Of a stretch of DNA of 60,047 bases, positions 21,613 through 29,950 are shown one piece after another. A program made the position numbers and the translations under genes. This DNA comes from Candidatus Micrarchaeota archaeon (GTDB lineage: Archaea; Micrarchaeota; Micrarchaeia; Anstonellales; J096). The notes under the pieces were generated by a model. It did no database searches and was not told the origin of the DNA. It saw only the letters and a program-made list of their open reading frames with translations. The stretch's first letter is position 1, and each line of letters starts with the position of its first letter. Where the stretch lies: positions 1 through 60,047 of the forward strand of contig CAYXNY010000045.1 in the NCBI GenBank assembly GCA_964467175.1. The letters run 5' to 3'.

Positions 21613-21735
21613 GCCAGGGGGAGCTTTATCTTTTCTAAACTCCCCCTAGCTTCAACCCCCTTATGTTATTAGGAGGTTTTGCGGAGGCCAGGGGGAGCTT
21701 TATCTTTTCTAAACTCCCCCTAGCTTCAACCCCCT
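21613..21735 (+). repeat. Second locus of the 70-nt tRNA-trailer repeat (1.7 copies) starting 3 nt after tRNA-Ala
   Basis: Copy at 21613-21682, ggag spacer, then a truncated copy from 21687 to ~21735. It differs from the tRNA-Arg locus copies by a few substitutions. Confidence 0.9.
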
Positions 21736-21776
21736 CCTTAAAAACTGAAAGTCTTGGTATGAGAATCAAGGAAGTA

Positions 21777-21795
21777 ATGTAACTATAGTTACAAT
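21777..21795. repeat. 19-nt motif with perfect 16-bp palindrome TGTAACTATAGTTACA (copy 1)
   Basis: atgtaactatagttacaat, identical to 23567..23585. Confidence 0.85.
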
Positions 21796-21917
21796 AAAAA
21801 TATCAAACCAGGAAAGAAGAGGAGTGAACTACCCCGCCCTAAAGAGCCATTTGAGAAGGAGAAAGGTTTTCCATTGCAATAATAGAATATTTTTCCGCAA
21901 GTTTTCTGGTCAAACGA

Positions 21918-21981
21918 CCACGGCCTAAAGGTCACGGATTTCTTGATACCCGTGCAGTCAAAAATTCTGAGGCAACTTTAA
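21918..21981 (-). repeat. 64-nt element (copy 2, inverted relative to 7228..7290)
   Basis: The reverse complement ttaaagttgcctcagaatttttgactgcacgggtatcaagaaatccgtgacctttaggccgtgg differs from copy 1 by 4 transitions. Confidence 0.85.
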
Positions 21982-22066
21982 TAATTGTGTTGATAATTGT
22001 TTTTAAATGTATGTCTTTTCCATTTTTGAGTTCGGTTTTTAAATTCCTCTCAACATAAAACCAATC

Positions 22067-23572
22067 ATGAGCAATAGAGCGGTAGAGGAGATAGTATCCG
22101 AGATTCTGAAAGGCAGGGAGGATGTTGAGAAGATAAAGAAGGAGGTGGCGCTTAAGTTTGGCCTCCTCTCCATGCCGAAAAACTCAGAGATCCTTGCGAA
22201 TTTTCCAAAGGGAAAGCTCACAAAAAAAATCAAAAAAATTCTTTTCAGAAAGCCGTCGCGGACAGCCTCCGGCGTTACGCCAATAGCAGTGATGGTAAAG
22301 CCTGAAGGCTCATGCGGATGGGGTTGCGTCTACTGCCCCTACACCGGGAAGGCTCCAAAAAGCTACACGGGCGAGGAGCCGGCTGCGCTCCGCGCGAAAA
22401 GGGCGGACTTCGATCCGGTAGTGCAGATAAAAAGCAGGCTGAAACAGTATGAAATCCAAGGCCATCCTACTGATAAGTGCGAAATAATAATAATGGGCGG
22501 AACATTTTTGGAAATGGATGGAAAGTACAAGGAAGGTTTTGTGAAGTCCATATATGATGTGCTGAATGGAAAAAAATCAAAAAACATCCCTCATGCAAAA
22601 CTCCTTAACGAAAGTGCAAAGCATAGAGTAGTCGGCCTGGCGGTAGAAACAAGGCCGGATGTTTGCATTCCGTACATTCCCGAAATCCTTCGCTTCGGCG
22701 CGACAAGGGTTGAGCTTGGGGTTCAGAACCCGGATGATGGAATTTACAGGATGATAAACCGGGGGCATGAGGTTAAGGAGGTTGTGGAATCTACGCGGGT
22801 GCTGAAGGATGCGTGCTTTAAAATAGTTTATCATATCATGCTCGGCTTGCCTGGCTCAAGTCCAAAAAAAGACATAGAAATTTTCAAAACCCTTTTCAGC
22901 GATGAAAGATTCCAGCCGGACATGTTGAAGATATATCCGACGCTCGTAATTCCCGGAACACAGCTTTACAGGATGTATCGCCGGGGGGAGTATTCCCCCT
23001 ACTCATCCGAGCTTGCGGCCGAAATCACCGCAGAGGCATACAGGCATATTCCGGAATACGTGCGCGTGATGAGGATACAGAGGGACATTCCGGCAAACCT
23101 GGTTTATGATGGTGTGAAGAAGAGCAACCTCCGGGAGATGGTGGAAAGGAAAGCAAAAGAGCTAGGAAAGGTTTGGGAGATAAGGGCAAGGGAGCCGAGA
23201 GCAAAAAACATCCGGCCGAAGAACCCCACGCTTTTCAGGAGGGATTACAGAGCGAGCGGGAAAAAAGAGATATTTCTTTCATACGAAGACGAGGATAGAG
23301 AAAACATTTTTGGTTTTTTAAGGTTGAGGATAAGCGATGTTGGGTTGATACGGGAGTTGCACGTATACGGAAGCGAGGCTGAGGTCGGAAAACCCGGAAA
23401 AATCCAGCACCGCGGAATCGGAAAAAAACTCATGGAAGAGGCAGAGAGGCTCGTGAAAGAAGAGTTTGGGTTGAACAGAATGCGCGTTATAGCTGGACCG
23501 GGCGCGAGGCCGTATTACTACTCTTTGGGTTATACATTGAAAGAGCCGTATGTGGAAAAATGTTTGATGTAA
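22067..23572 (+). CDS. elp3: Elp3-family radical-SAM / GNAT acetyltransferase (tRNA U34 modification)
   Basis: 501 aa. Radical-SAM cysteine cluster SCGWGCVYCPY. C-terminal GNAT fold with HRGIGKKLMEEAE. Length typical of archaeal Elp3. Confidence 0.9.
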   Translation: MSNRAVEEIVSEILKGREDVEKIKKEVALKFGLLSMPKNSEILANFPKGKLTKKIKKILFRKPSRTASGVTPIAVMVKPEGSCGWGCVYCPYTGKAPKSYTGEEPAALRAKRADFDPVVQIKSRLKQYEIQGHPTDKCEIIIMGGTFLEMDGKYKEGFVKSIYDVLNGKKSKNIPHAKLLNESAKHRVVGLAVETRPDVCIPYIPEILRFGATRVELGVQNPDDGIYRMINRGHEVKEVVESTRVLKDACFKIVYHIMLGLPGSSPKKDIEIFKTLFSDERFQPDMLKIYPTLVIPGTQLYRMYRRGEYSPYSSELAAEITAEAYRHIPEYVRVMRIQRDIPANLVYDGVKKSNLREMVERKAKELGKVWEIRAREPRAKNIRPKNPTLFRRDYRASGKKEIFLSYEDEDRENIFGFLRLRISDVGLIRELHVYGSEAEVGKPGKIQHRGIGKKLMEEAERLVKEEFGLNRMRVIAGPGARPYYYSLGYTLKEPYVEKCLM

Positions 23573-23585
23573 CTATAGTTACAAT
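23567..23585. repeat. 19-nt palindromic motif (copy 2)
   Basis: atgtaactatagttacaat overlaps the elp3 stop codon and lies between convergent 3' ends. Confidence 0.85.
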
Positions 23586-23587
23586 TT

Positions 23588-24388
23588 CTAATCCCTATAT
23601 TTCTTCACATACGCTTCTCTTTTTTTCAAAAGTTCTAGATACTCTTTCTGAAGCTCCTCAAACTCTTTCTCCTCCTCTTCGGAAAATTTCCTTATCTGCC
23701 TCTCAGCATTTTTCACCTGAATTTTTACGCTTACGCTTTCAAGTTTTTTTTCGTTTAGGAGAACGTTCTCAGCTTCTTTTTCAGGAACCCATATCACATC
23801 GTTTCCGACCCTGATCATTACTTCCTCTTCATCCGGTTTCCCTTTGATGAGTTTTTTGTTTTTGAATATTACATTCATTCCAAGCCGGCCCATCCTCTTC
23901 GCTATTTTTGCAACAATCTGGCTCTTTTCTCCATCTGTTTTAACATCCTCCTTTATTCCACCATTTTTTATTATCTCAATAACCCTCTCCTTTTTTTTCA
24001 ATTTATTCACATCATCAATAAGCTTTCCTATCTCTTCCTTAAACTCCACATTCCTCTTTATTATACTGCCTCTTGCGGAAAGAATGTCCCACGCCTCCCC
24101 GCTCCTTGTTCTGAGCGCCCTGTCTATCTCCTCTTCTTTAAAATTCTTGAGCTTCTCCCCGAACCTTTCAAGCTCCGCTTCCATAGGAACAAAGAAAACA
24201 TAGTTGTTCTCCTTAAGCATTTTTTCTATTCTTTCAATTTCCCTTCCCAGGTTTTCGTTCTCGCTTTTTATTATCTCCTTCGCATCCTCTCCGGCGCCGG
24301 TTCTTTCCATATATCCGAGCTTGTAGTCGTTCTCAGCCTTCATCTTTTTGAACTCTATCAGCCTTGCGCACTCTCTCCACAGCTCCAT
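23588..24388 (-). CDS. Coiled-coil hypothetical protein
   Basis: 266 aa, K/E-rich with heptad-like regions. No motif recognised. Confidence 0.4.
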   Translation of the reverse strand: MELWRECARLIEFKKMKAENDYKLGYMERTGAGEDAKEIIKSENENLGREIERIEKMLKENNYVFFVPMEAELERFGEKLKNFKEEEIDRALRTRSGEAWDILSARGSIIKRNVEFKEEIGKLIDDVNKLKKKERVIEIIKNGGIKEDVKTDGEKSQIVAKIAKRMGRLGMNVIFKNKKLIKGKPDEEEVMIRVGNDVIWVPEKEAENVLLNEKKLESVSVKIQVKNAERQIRKFSEEEEKEFEELQKEYLELLKKREAYVKKYRD

Positions 24389-24411
24389 GCTGGTTATATT
24401 GAGAGAAACAT

Positions 24412-25956
24412 TTAATAATGCTTTTTCCCAGCAGCCGCCGCGGTGAATAAAATAGTGAAAATTACTGCTGCGCTACCGCAGTATGCGCCCCCGCCTTCAG
24501 CTTCATTTTCCACCCAAACTGCGTTCTCCCCGGCTTCCTCAAAGGATTCTTCTAAATAATTCGCCAGGTTCGCGACCTCCGCTCCTCCTGAGAATTTTGC
24601 TTGGCTTCCGTAGAGTCTCCCCCACACTGTTGCATATCCGGTTCTGATTTCGCTCTTTTTTCCTACCCGGGCGTCATTTATGGATTTTGCAAAAATCGCC
24701 TCATACTCGCTGGCAAGGTACTTCCCCTCGTCGTAAAGCTCTTTCGCGTTTTCAAGGTGTTCGGCCGCATCATACACGACAATCTCCTTTTCAACCTTGT
24801 TTATCATCTCCTTCGCGCGCTCTTTATATATACTTTCATTCAAAAATTTTCCTTTTCCCTCCTTGTTGAGCTGCTGCGCGATCTCGCACCAACCCTGGGC
24901 GTATTCAAGCTTGTTCATGAGCGCGTACTCCTCTTCTTTTAGCTTCGGCCTTGCTGCCCTTACTGCTTTAACTCCATTCTCAGCCCATTTTTTTCTTACT
25001 TCCGCGCCTACTATCCACTCCCAGTTGTCCTCCTTTTTCCCGCTGAGGACGGTTGCGTTTAAGCATTCCTCAACTTCAAGGGCCTTTTCCTCCAGCGTTT
25101 TCGAGCCGCTGTCCTTCACGGTCCTTATGTCCACTAGCACGGTGAACGCATCGTTCGCGGCGCTGTACTGGTAGCCTTTTCTGAGAAGCTCCTTCTGAAG
25201 CGCGATGCTCTCCTGCACATAATTATAAACTTCCTGCGGAATTTCGGCTCCATCCAGTTCTCTCTCCACCTTCCAAATCATCTCTTCCGCGATCCCATCA
25301 AACCCCGCGACCTTCCATTCATTGTTTTCTTCAGGTATTTTTTCGCTCCTTTTCAGCTTTATTTCTTCGGGCGTTATGTTGTAGAACATGAAGCTGACCG
25401 CCTCCTCCACATCCTTTATGTAAATAATTTTGAAGTTCTCGTCTTCGATTTCGTTCATGAGCATGTACTCGGATATGCTCGGCCTGGGTGCTACGAAATA
25501 CCTTATTCCTATTCTTTTTGAGATGGATGCCTTCTCGTAAACTCCGCCTACGCTTCCTACCGCGCCCTTTTCATCAATGCTTCCGGTTATGATCGCGTCT
25601 CCGCGCGGTGTCATGTTCGTGAGCAAAGAGTATGCATAAACAGTAAAAATCACCCCTCCGGAAGGGCCGTCTACATTCTCCACTTTCCTTTCCGGAAAAG
25701 AGATGATGAATGAGCATTCCTTACCGGCGAGTTTTTTTGCAATGTTTACGGCAGTTATGAAAGAGTTCTGCGTTGTGAACCCGATATACGGAGGGATTTC
25801 GAAAAATGTAGAGTTGCCCTCCTGCACGCTCATCGTTGCCTGTATGAACCCTCCTTCCGCTCCTGCAACCGCCGGCACATAAAAAACCGCGTTCCCTTCG
25901 CACGCGCCCGCGCAAAAAGAAAAAAGCAGCAGGAATAGCAAGAAAATTTTTCTCAT
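24412..25956 (-). CDS. Secreted, C-terminally anchored protein with Lon-type (S16) protease domain, no AAA+ module
   Basis: 514 aa. Signal peptide MRKIFLLFLLLFSFCAGA. S16 motifs VDGPSGGVIFTVYAYSLLT and ITGSIDEKGAVGSVGGVYEK. Helical middle region and a C-terminal TM AAVIFTILFTAAAAG. Confidence 0.6.
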   Translation of the reverse strand: MRKIFLLFLLLFSFCAGACEGNAVFYVPAVAGAEGGFIQATMSVQEGNSTFFEIPPYIGFTTQNSFITAVNIAKKLAGKECSFIISFPERKVENVDGPSGGVIFTVYAYSLLTNMTPRGDAIITGSIDEKGAVGSVGGVYEKASISKRIGIRYFVAPRPSISEYMLMNEIEDENFKIIYIKDVEEAVSFMFYNITPEEIKLKRSEKIPEENNEWKVAGFDGIAEEMIWKVERELDGAEIPQEVYNYVQESIALQKELLRKGYQYSAANDAFTVLVDIRTVKDSGSKTLEEKALEVEECLNATVLSGKKEDNWEWIVGAEVRKKWAENGVKAVRAARPKLKEEEYALMNKLEYAQGWCEIAQQLNKEGKGKFLNESIYKERAKEMINKVEKEIVVYDAAEHLENAKELYDEGKYLASEYEAIFAKSINDARVGKKSEIRTGYATVWGRLYGSQAKFSGGAEVANLANYLEESFEEAGENAVWVENEAEGGGAYCGSAAVIFTILFTAAAAGKKHY

Positions 25957-25957
25957 A

Positions 25958-26128
25958 TGCGGCCGCCGGGATTTTCAAACCTTTTCCGATGAAACGCTTT
26001 TTTGCCTAAGGCAAAAAAGGGTTCTTTGAACCCGGGTCGTTGGCTTTCCTCTTTCTTCGTCAACTTTCTTTGGCAACCCGAAAGAAAGTTGTTGGAAGGC
26101 CAAAGTCCTACCACTAGACTACGGCCGC
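25958..26128 (-). tRNA. tRNA-Gly(TCC) with two introns (anticodon loop ~47 nt; T-loop ~53 nt)
   Basis: Minus strand: gcggccg-ta-gtct-agtggta-ggac-t-ttggc-cttcca[47 nt]a-gccaa-cgac-ccggg-[60 nt = 7 T-loop + 53]-cccgg-cggccgc-a. The mature length would be 71 nt. T-loop 5' part uucaaa is complementary to uuugaa near the intron 3' end. Confidence 0.75.
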
Positions 26129-26135
26129 TAGAGTT

Positions 26136-26813
26136 TTGTATTTTCTGGAAAGTGTTTTTAAATGTTCTCAGTATTACATTTGCGTGGATGCTCTAATTTT
26201 TATACTCAGTAAAGGAGGAAAGCGCGGTTTCATTCAGCTTAAAAATAAAGAGCTCGCCGCGTTCCTCGGTATAACCCCCCAAGCTGTTCCTTACATAATA
26301 AAAAAACTTGAATCAGAAGGGCTCGTCTTAAGAAAGGACAAAAAAATAAAGCTTACAGAAAAGGGTGTTGAGGAGTGTCGAAAATATTACGCAATATTAA
26401 AATCCGCGTTTGAACACGACAGATTCGTAATACGGGGAGCAGTTGTTCAGGGGCTTGGAGAAGGAAAAAAATTTCTTTCTCTAAAGGAATACAAAAAAGC
26501 AATCTCAAAGGCGGTTGGGTTTGAGCCGTTTGAAGGTACGCTGAACATTCTTCTCCGTCCCCAGGAGGTTTGGAAAAGGGAGGCGCTGTTGAGAAAGGAG
26601 CCGGTTTTTGTTCCGGGCTTCAAAAAAGGAGAGGAAATCTACGGCGGCGTTTACCTCTATCCGTGCAGAATAAACAACAAAAAAGCGTCTATAATCATCC
26701 CGCTCAAAAGCAGGCACCCCTCAAATGTCGTTGAGATAGTAGCAAAAGAAAACCTGAGAAAAACGCTTAAACTTAAAAACAATTCGGAAGTAATTGTTGA
26801 AGTTGAATTTTGA
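26136..26813 (+). CDS. ribK: wHTH-fused CTP-dependent riboflavin kinase (archaeal RibK/RbkR type)
   Basis: The C-terminal half (GAVVQGLGEGKKFLSL...GFEPFEGTLNILL...IIPLKSRHPSNVVEIVA) matches archaeal riboflavin kinase. The N-terminal ~80 aa form a winged helix (LAAFLGITPQAVPYIIKKLESEGLV). The exact start is uncertain because the ORF begins 8 nt from the tRNA-Gly 5' end. Confidence 0.75.
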   Translation: MYFLESVFKCSQYYICVDALIFILSKGGKRGFIQLKNKELAAFLGITPQAVPYIIKKLESEGLVLRKDKKIKLTEKGVEECRKYYAILKSAFEHDRFVIRGAVVQGLGEGKKFLSLKEYKKAISKAVGFEPFEGTLNILLRPQEVWKREALLRKEPVFVPGFKKGEEIYGGVYLYPCRINNKKASIIIPLKSRHPSNVVEIVAKENLRKTLKLKNNSEVIVEVEF

Positions 26814-26822
26814 GGTGATTGC

Positions 26823-28019
26823 TTGGCCAAGAATATTGTAATTTCAAAAGGAGGGTACACACCTGTCCCGGAGCTTGACGTTGAGATTGTTGAGAGGAAG
26901 GGCCTGGGCCATCCGGATACGATAATAGACGGCATAATGGAGGAGATAAGCGTTGAGCTCTCCAAGGCATACCTTAAAGAATTCGGAGCAATACTCCACC
27001 ACAATGTTGACAAAGGGCAGATAGTTGGAGGCGAGGCGAAACCTGAATTTGGCGGGGGGAAGGTCATCCAGCCGGTATTTATCCTGCTGAGCGGAAGGGC
27101 GAGCTATGAAGCAGAAGGAAAGATAATTCCTGTTCAGGAGATCGCGCTAGAAACCACGAAAAAATACATAAAGCAAAATCTCAGGTTCCTCGACCCTGAT
27201 GCAGACATCGAAATCATGTCAAAAATAAGGCCCGGGAGCAGGGATTTGGTTGAATTGTTTTTAAGAAACAAGGGCGTTCCGCTCTCGAACGACACGAGCT
27301 TCGGAGTTGGATATGCTCCCTTTTCCGATGCAGAAAATGTTGTTCTGGCTGTTGAAAAATACCTGAACTCAAAAGAGTACAAAAAAGCCCATCCCGAAGT
27401 CGGGGAGGATATAAAAGTGATGGGGCTGAGGGAGAACAGCAAGATAAAACTTACGGTTGCGGTTGCATTCGTCGATCGCTTCATCCATTCACTAGAAGAG
27501 TACATAACGACAAAGGAGCGCGTGAAAAACGACATTCTAAAGAAGGCAAAAGAAATCACAAAAATGGATGTGGAGGTTTTTTTGAACACCGCTGATGATA
27601 TAAAAAACAAATCCGTCTACATAACCGTCACCGGCCTGAGCGCCGAAGCAGGAGACGACGGTTCTGTCGGGAGGGGAAACCGCGTAAACGGCCTGATAAC
27701 GCCGTTTAGATTGATGACTCTGGAGGCGGCTGCCGGAAAAAACCCAGTCAACCATGTCGGAAAGATTTACTCTGTCCTTGCCTTCAAGATCGCCAAAGAA
27801 ATAAGCGAAGAGTGTCCTGACCTAAGGGATGTGAGCGTCTCCCTGCTCAGCCAGATTGGAAAACCAATAAATGAACCGAAAATGGCTTTTGTTGAGCTTG
27901 TAGGCGATGGCGTTGAGCAGAAGAAGGACAAGGCAAAATACATCGTAGAGCACAACTTTGAAGACATCGAGCAATTGACCAAACTTATGGTGGAGAAAAA
28001 AGTAGGGGTTTTCTATTAA
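26823..28019 (+). CDS. metK: Archaeal-type S-adenosylmethionine synthetase
   Basis: 398 aa. [21 protein letters not shown] and [17 protein letters not shown] are typical of the archaeal MAT family. TTG start as listed. Confidence 0.9.
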   Translation: MAKNIVISKGGYTPVPELDVEIVERKGLGHPDTIIDGIMEEISVELSKAYLKEFGAILHHNVDKGQIVGGEAKPEFGGGKVIQPVFILLSGRASYEAEGKIIPVQEIALETTKKYIKQNLRFLDPDADIEIMSKIRPGSRDLVELFLRNKGVPLSNDTSFGVGYAPFSDAENVVLAVEKYLNSKEYKKAHPEVGEDIKVMGLRENSKIKLTVAVAFVDRFIHSLEEYITTKERVKNDILKKAKEITKMDVEVFLNTADDIKNKSVYITVTGLSAEAGDDGSVGRGNRVNGLITPFRLMTLEAAAGKNPVNHVGKIYSVLAFKIAKEISEECPDLRDVSVSLLSQIGKPINEPKMAFVELVGDGVEQKKDKAKYIVEHNFEDIEQLTKLMVEKKVGVFY

Positions 28020-28090
28020 TTTTTTCTCGTTTTCGGCATCAGCGTTATGTTTAAATTCCTTGCGGTTGGAAATGGAAAAAACGTGGTTGC

Positions 28091-28345
28091 ATGGAAGTGG
28101 CAGTGGAGCTGACTGTTGCGGGCATGAAGCAAAGGCACAAGTTCAAAACGATAAAGGAAACAACCCCGTTCGGGACGTACGAGCTGATAAACATCCCCAT
28201 AACCGTTTCAAAGCTCGAGCTTCTCAGGATTGCGGATGAGAAGAGAATGCCTGTTTTCAACAACGGCGAAAAATACTTTCCTAAAGGAAAAACCGCAAGA
28301 GACATCATAATGGAAAATAAAGCAAAAGGAAAAAAGAAAAAATAA
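28091..28345 (+). CDS. Small hypothetical protein with lysine-rich tail
   Basis: 84-aa ORF with no motif. It abuts the thyX stop convergently. Confidence 0.3.
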   Translation: MEVAVELTVAGMKQRHKFKTIKETTPFGTYELINIPITVSKLELLRIADEKRMPVFNNGEKYFPKGKTARDIIMENKAKGKKKK

Positions 28346-29950
28346 TCATTTTTTCAACCGCTCAATCTTTTTATCAAGCTTTTTCTCAGCCTCTATCCTC
28401 TCGAGCCCATACTCGCCCATGTCCACGAATTTTCCGTATTTGAAAATCGCAGGATGCTTTTCCTTTGCAAGCAGATATATCTTTTGCGCAACATGCCGGT
28501 AATCCGGATGGCCCTGCATCCCGCTTCTCAGTTCAGTTAAATGATAAATCTCCCTGGCATTCATCGTAATATAAAACCTTATTCTGTAGGCAAACGGAAC
28601 AACATACTGCGCTTCCTCCTTGAACTTTTGCGCGATCTTTTCGTATGTTTTTTTCGCTTCTTCCATAGCCCGCTCGAATTTTCCGGCAACCCCCGCCTCT
28701 TTCAGCTCCTTTGGCATATCATACCCCAAGCGCGCTGTGAGAAGCTGCCTCTCCTGCGTAAGAATCCTATGCCTATGGATATCCCTGAACGCCCCAAAAT
28801 TGGTTACTATTTCAAAAGTATAATAAGCGTTTTCAAAAGCCCTTCCGGGTTTGTGCCTTCTGTTTTTTCTCTCCCCCACATACGCATCTAAAATTTTCTC
28901 CTTCCTGCTTTCGCTCATTTTTTTTACATCATTCTTCAATTCATTATATGCAATCTGCGAATATGGAAAAAGAATGGCCGCAACAATTTTTTCCACCGCA
29001 TCTTCATCCCACCACGCAAGCCTGACATCGTCAGCACTTTCGCCATCAATTCTCTCGGGAGCAAACCCCCTAACATTCTCCCGATTTTTTATGTATTCCT
29101 GCATCTCCTTTCCTTTTTCATCGCTAGCTCTTTTTACGAATGAAGGAATGAGCTTTTTCAGCTCCTCTTCCATGTCCCCCGCGATCCTTTGCGCTTCCTT
29201 CAATTTAGATGCGTAAAGATTGACCAGAAGATATTCAAATGCCCTTCCATTTCCGAATAAACCCAGGTTTGTAAGCGTTGCGGCTGGAAGCAGACCCCTC
29301 AGGAGGTCGCATGTTTTCGCCCTTACAGCCGATTCATACGCCCTCTCGCTTTCCTCCCCCTTCGGATATTTCTTCATCACATACGCATTTACTTCAGGAA
29401 TAAGTTCTGAATACGTGTCAAAAAGAAAATCCAGCGTTTCCTCATAAATTCCATCAAGTCCGGATTCCGCTATTTTCGGCTCCCTGCAGTACAAATATTC
29501 TCCGCGTTTATCCCTTTTATCAAAATAAACATACCGGGAGCTTTTTTCAAGCGGAGAGATCCCAATCCTTCTGTCCTCAATCAGCTTGGTTGCTATGTTG
29601 CTTATGCCCTCCACCGCCATATGAACTCCTGCAAGCTCCCCGACGCTGTCATCCCCAAAACCTATAAGCACGCGCTCGTAAAATTTTTCCGCCTTTTCTA
29701 TCGCAATAATACCTTCTTTTCCCGCCGCCCTTTCGCCGACAATATCCGAAAAACCCATCTCCTCTTTTTTTATAAACTCGTCCAGCAGCGTTCTCCTCAA
29801 ACTCTTGTCGCTTCTGCTGTACCTTGCAAAAAGCGCGCCCTTCACAACCTCGGGCAAATTCACCAACCCGAATATATTTTTGTCCATGTTTGTAAAATAA
29901 GGCTCTATAATTTTTTTCTCCTCCTGGCTGAACTCACCTAAATCACTCAT
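28346..29950 (-). CDS. thyX: ThyX-family (flavin-dependent thymidylate synthase) protein, long two-domain form
   Basis: 534 aa. C-terminal half has FRDIHRHRILTQERQLLTAR, resembling the ThyX RHRxxSxxxxSxR motif with substitutions. N-terminal half has ARYSRSDKSLR. Assignment is from motif recall only. Confidence 0.55.
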   Translation of the reverse strand: MSDLGEFSQEEKKIIEPYFTNMDKNIFGLVNLPEVVKGALFARYSRSDKSLRRTLLDEFIKKEEMGFSDIVGERAAGKEGIIAIEKAEKFYERVLIGFGDDSVGELAGVHMAVEGISNIATKLIEDRRIGISPLEKSSRYVYFDKRDKRGEYLYCREPKIAESGLDGIYEETLDFLFDTYSELIPEVNAYVMKKYPKGEESERAYESAVRAKTCDLLRGLLPAATLTNLGLFGNGRAFEYLLVNLYASKLKEAQRIAGDMEEELKKLIPSFVKRASDEKGKEMQEYIKNRENVRGFAPERIDGESADDVRLAWWDEDAVEKIVAAILFPYSQIAYNELKNDVKKMSESRKEKILDAYVGERKNRRHKPGRAFENAYYTFEIVTNFGAFRDIHRHRILTQERQLLTARLGYDMPKELKEAGVAGKFERAMEEAKKTYEKIAQKFKEEAQYVVPFAYRIRFYITMNAREIYHLTELRSGMQGHPDYRHVAQKIYLLAKEKHPAIFKYGKFVDMGEYGLERIEAEKKLDKKIERLKK

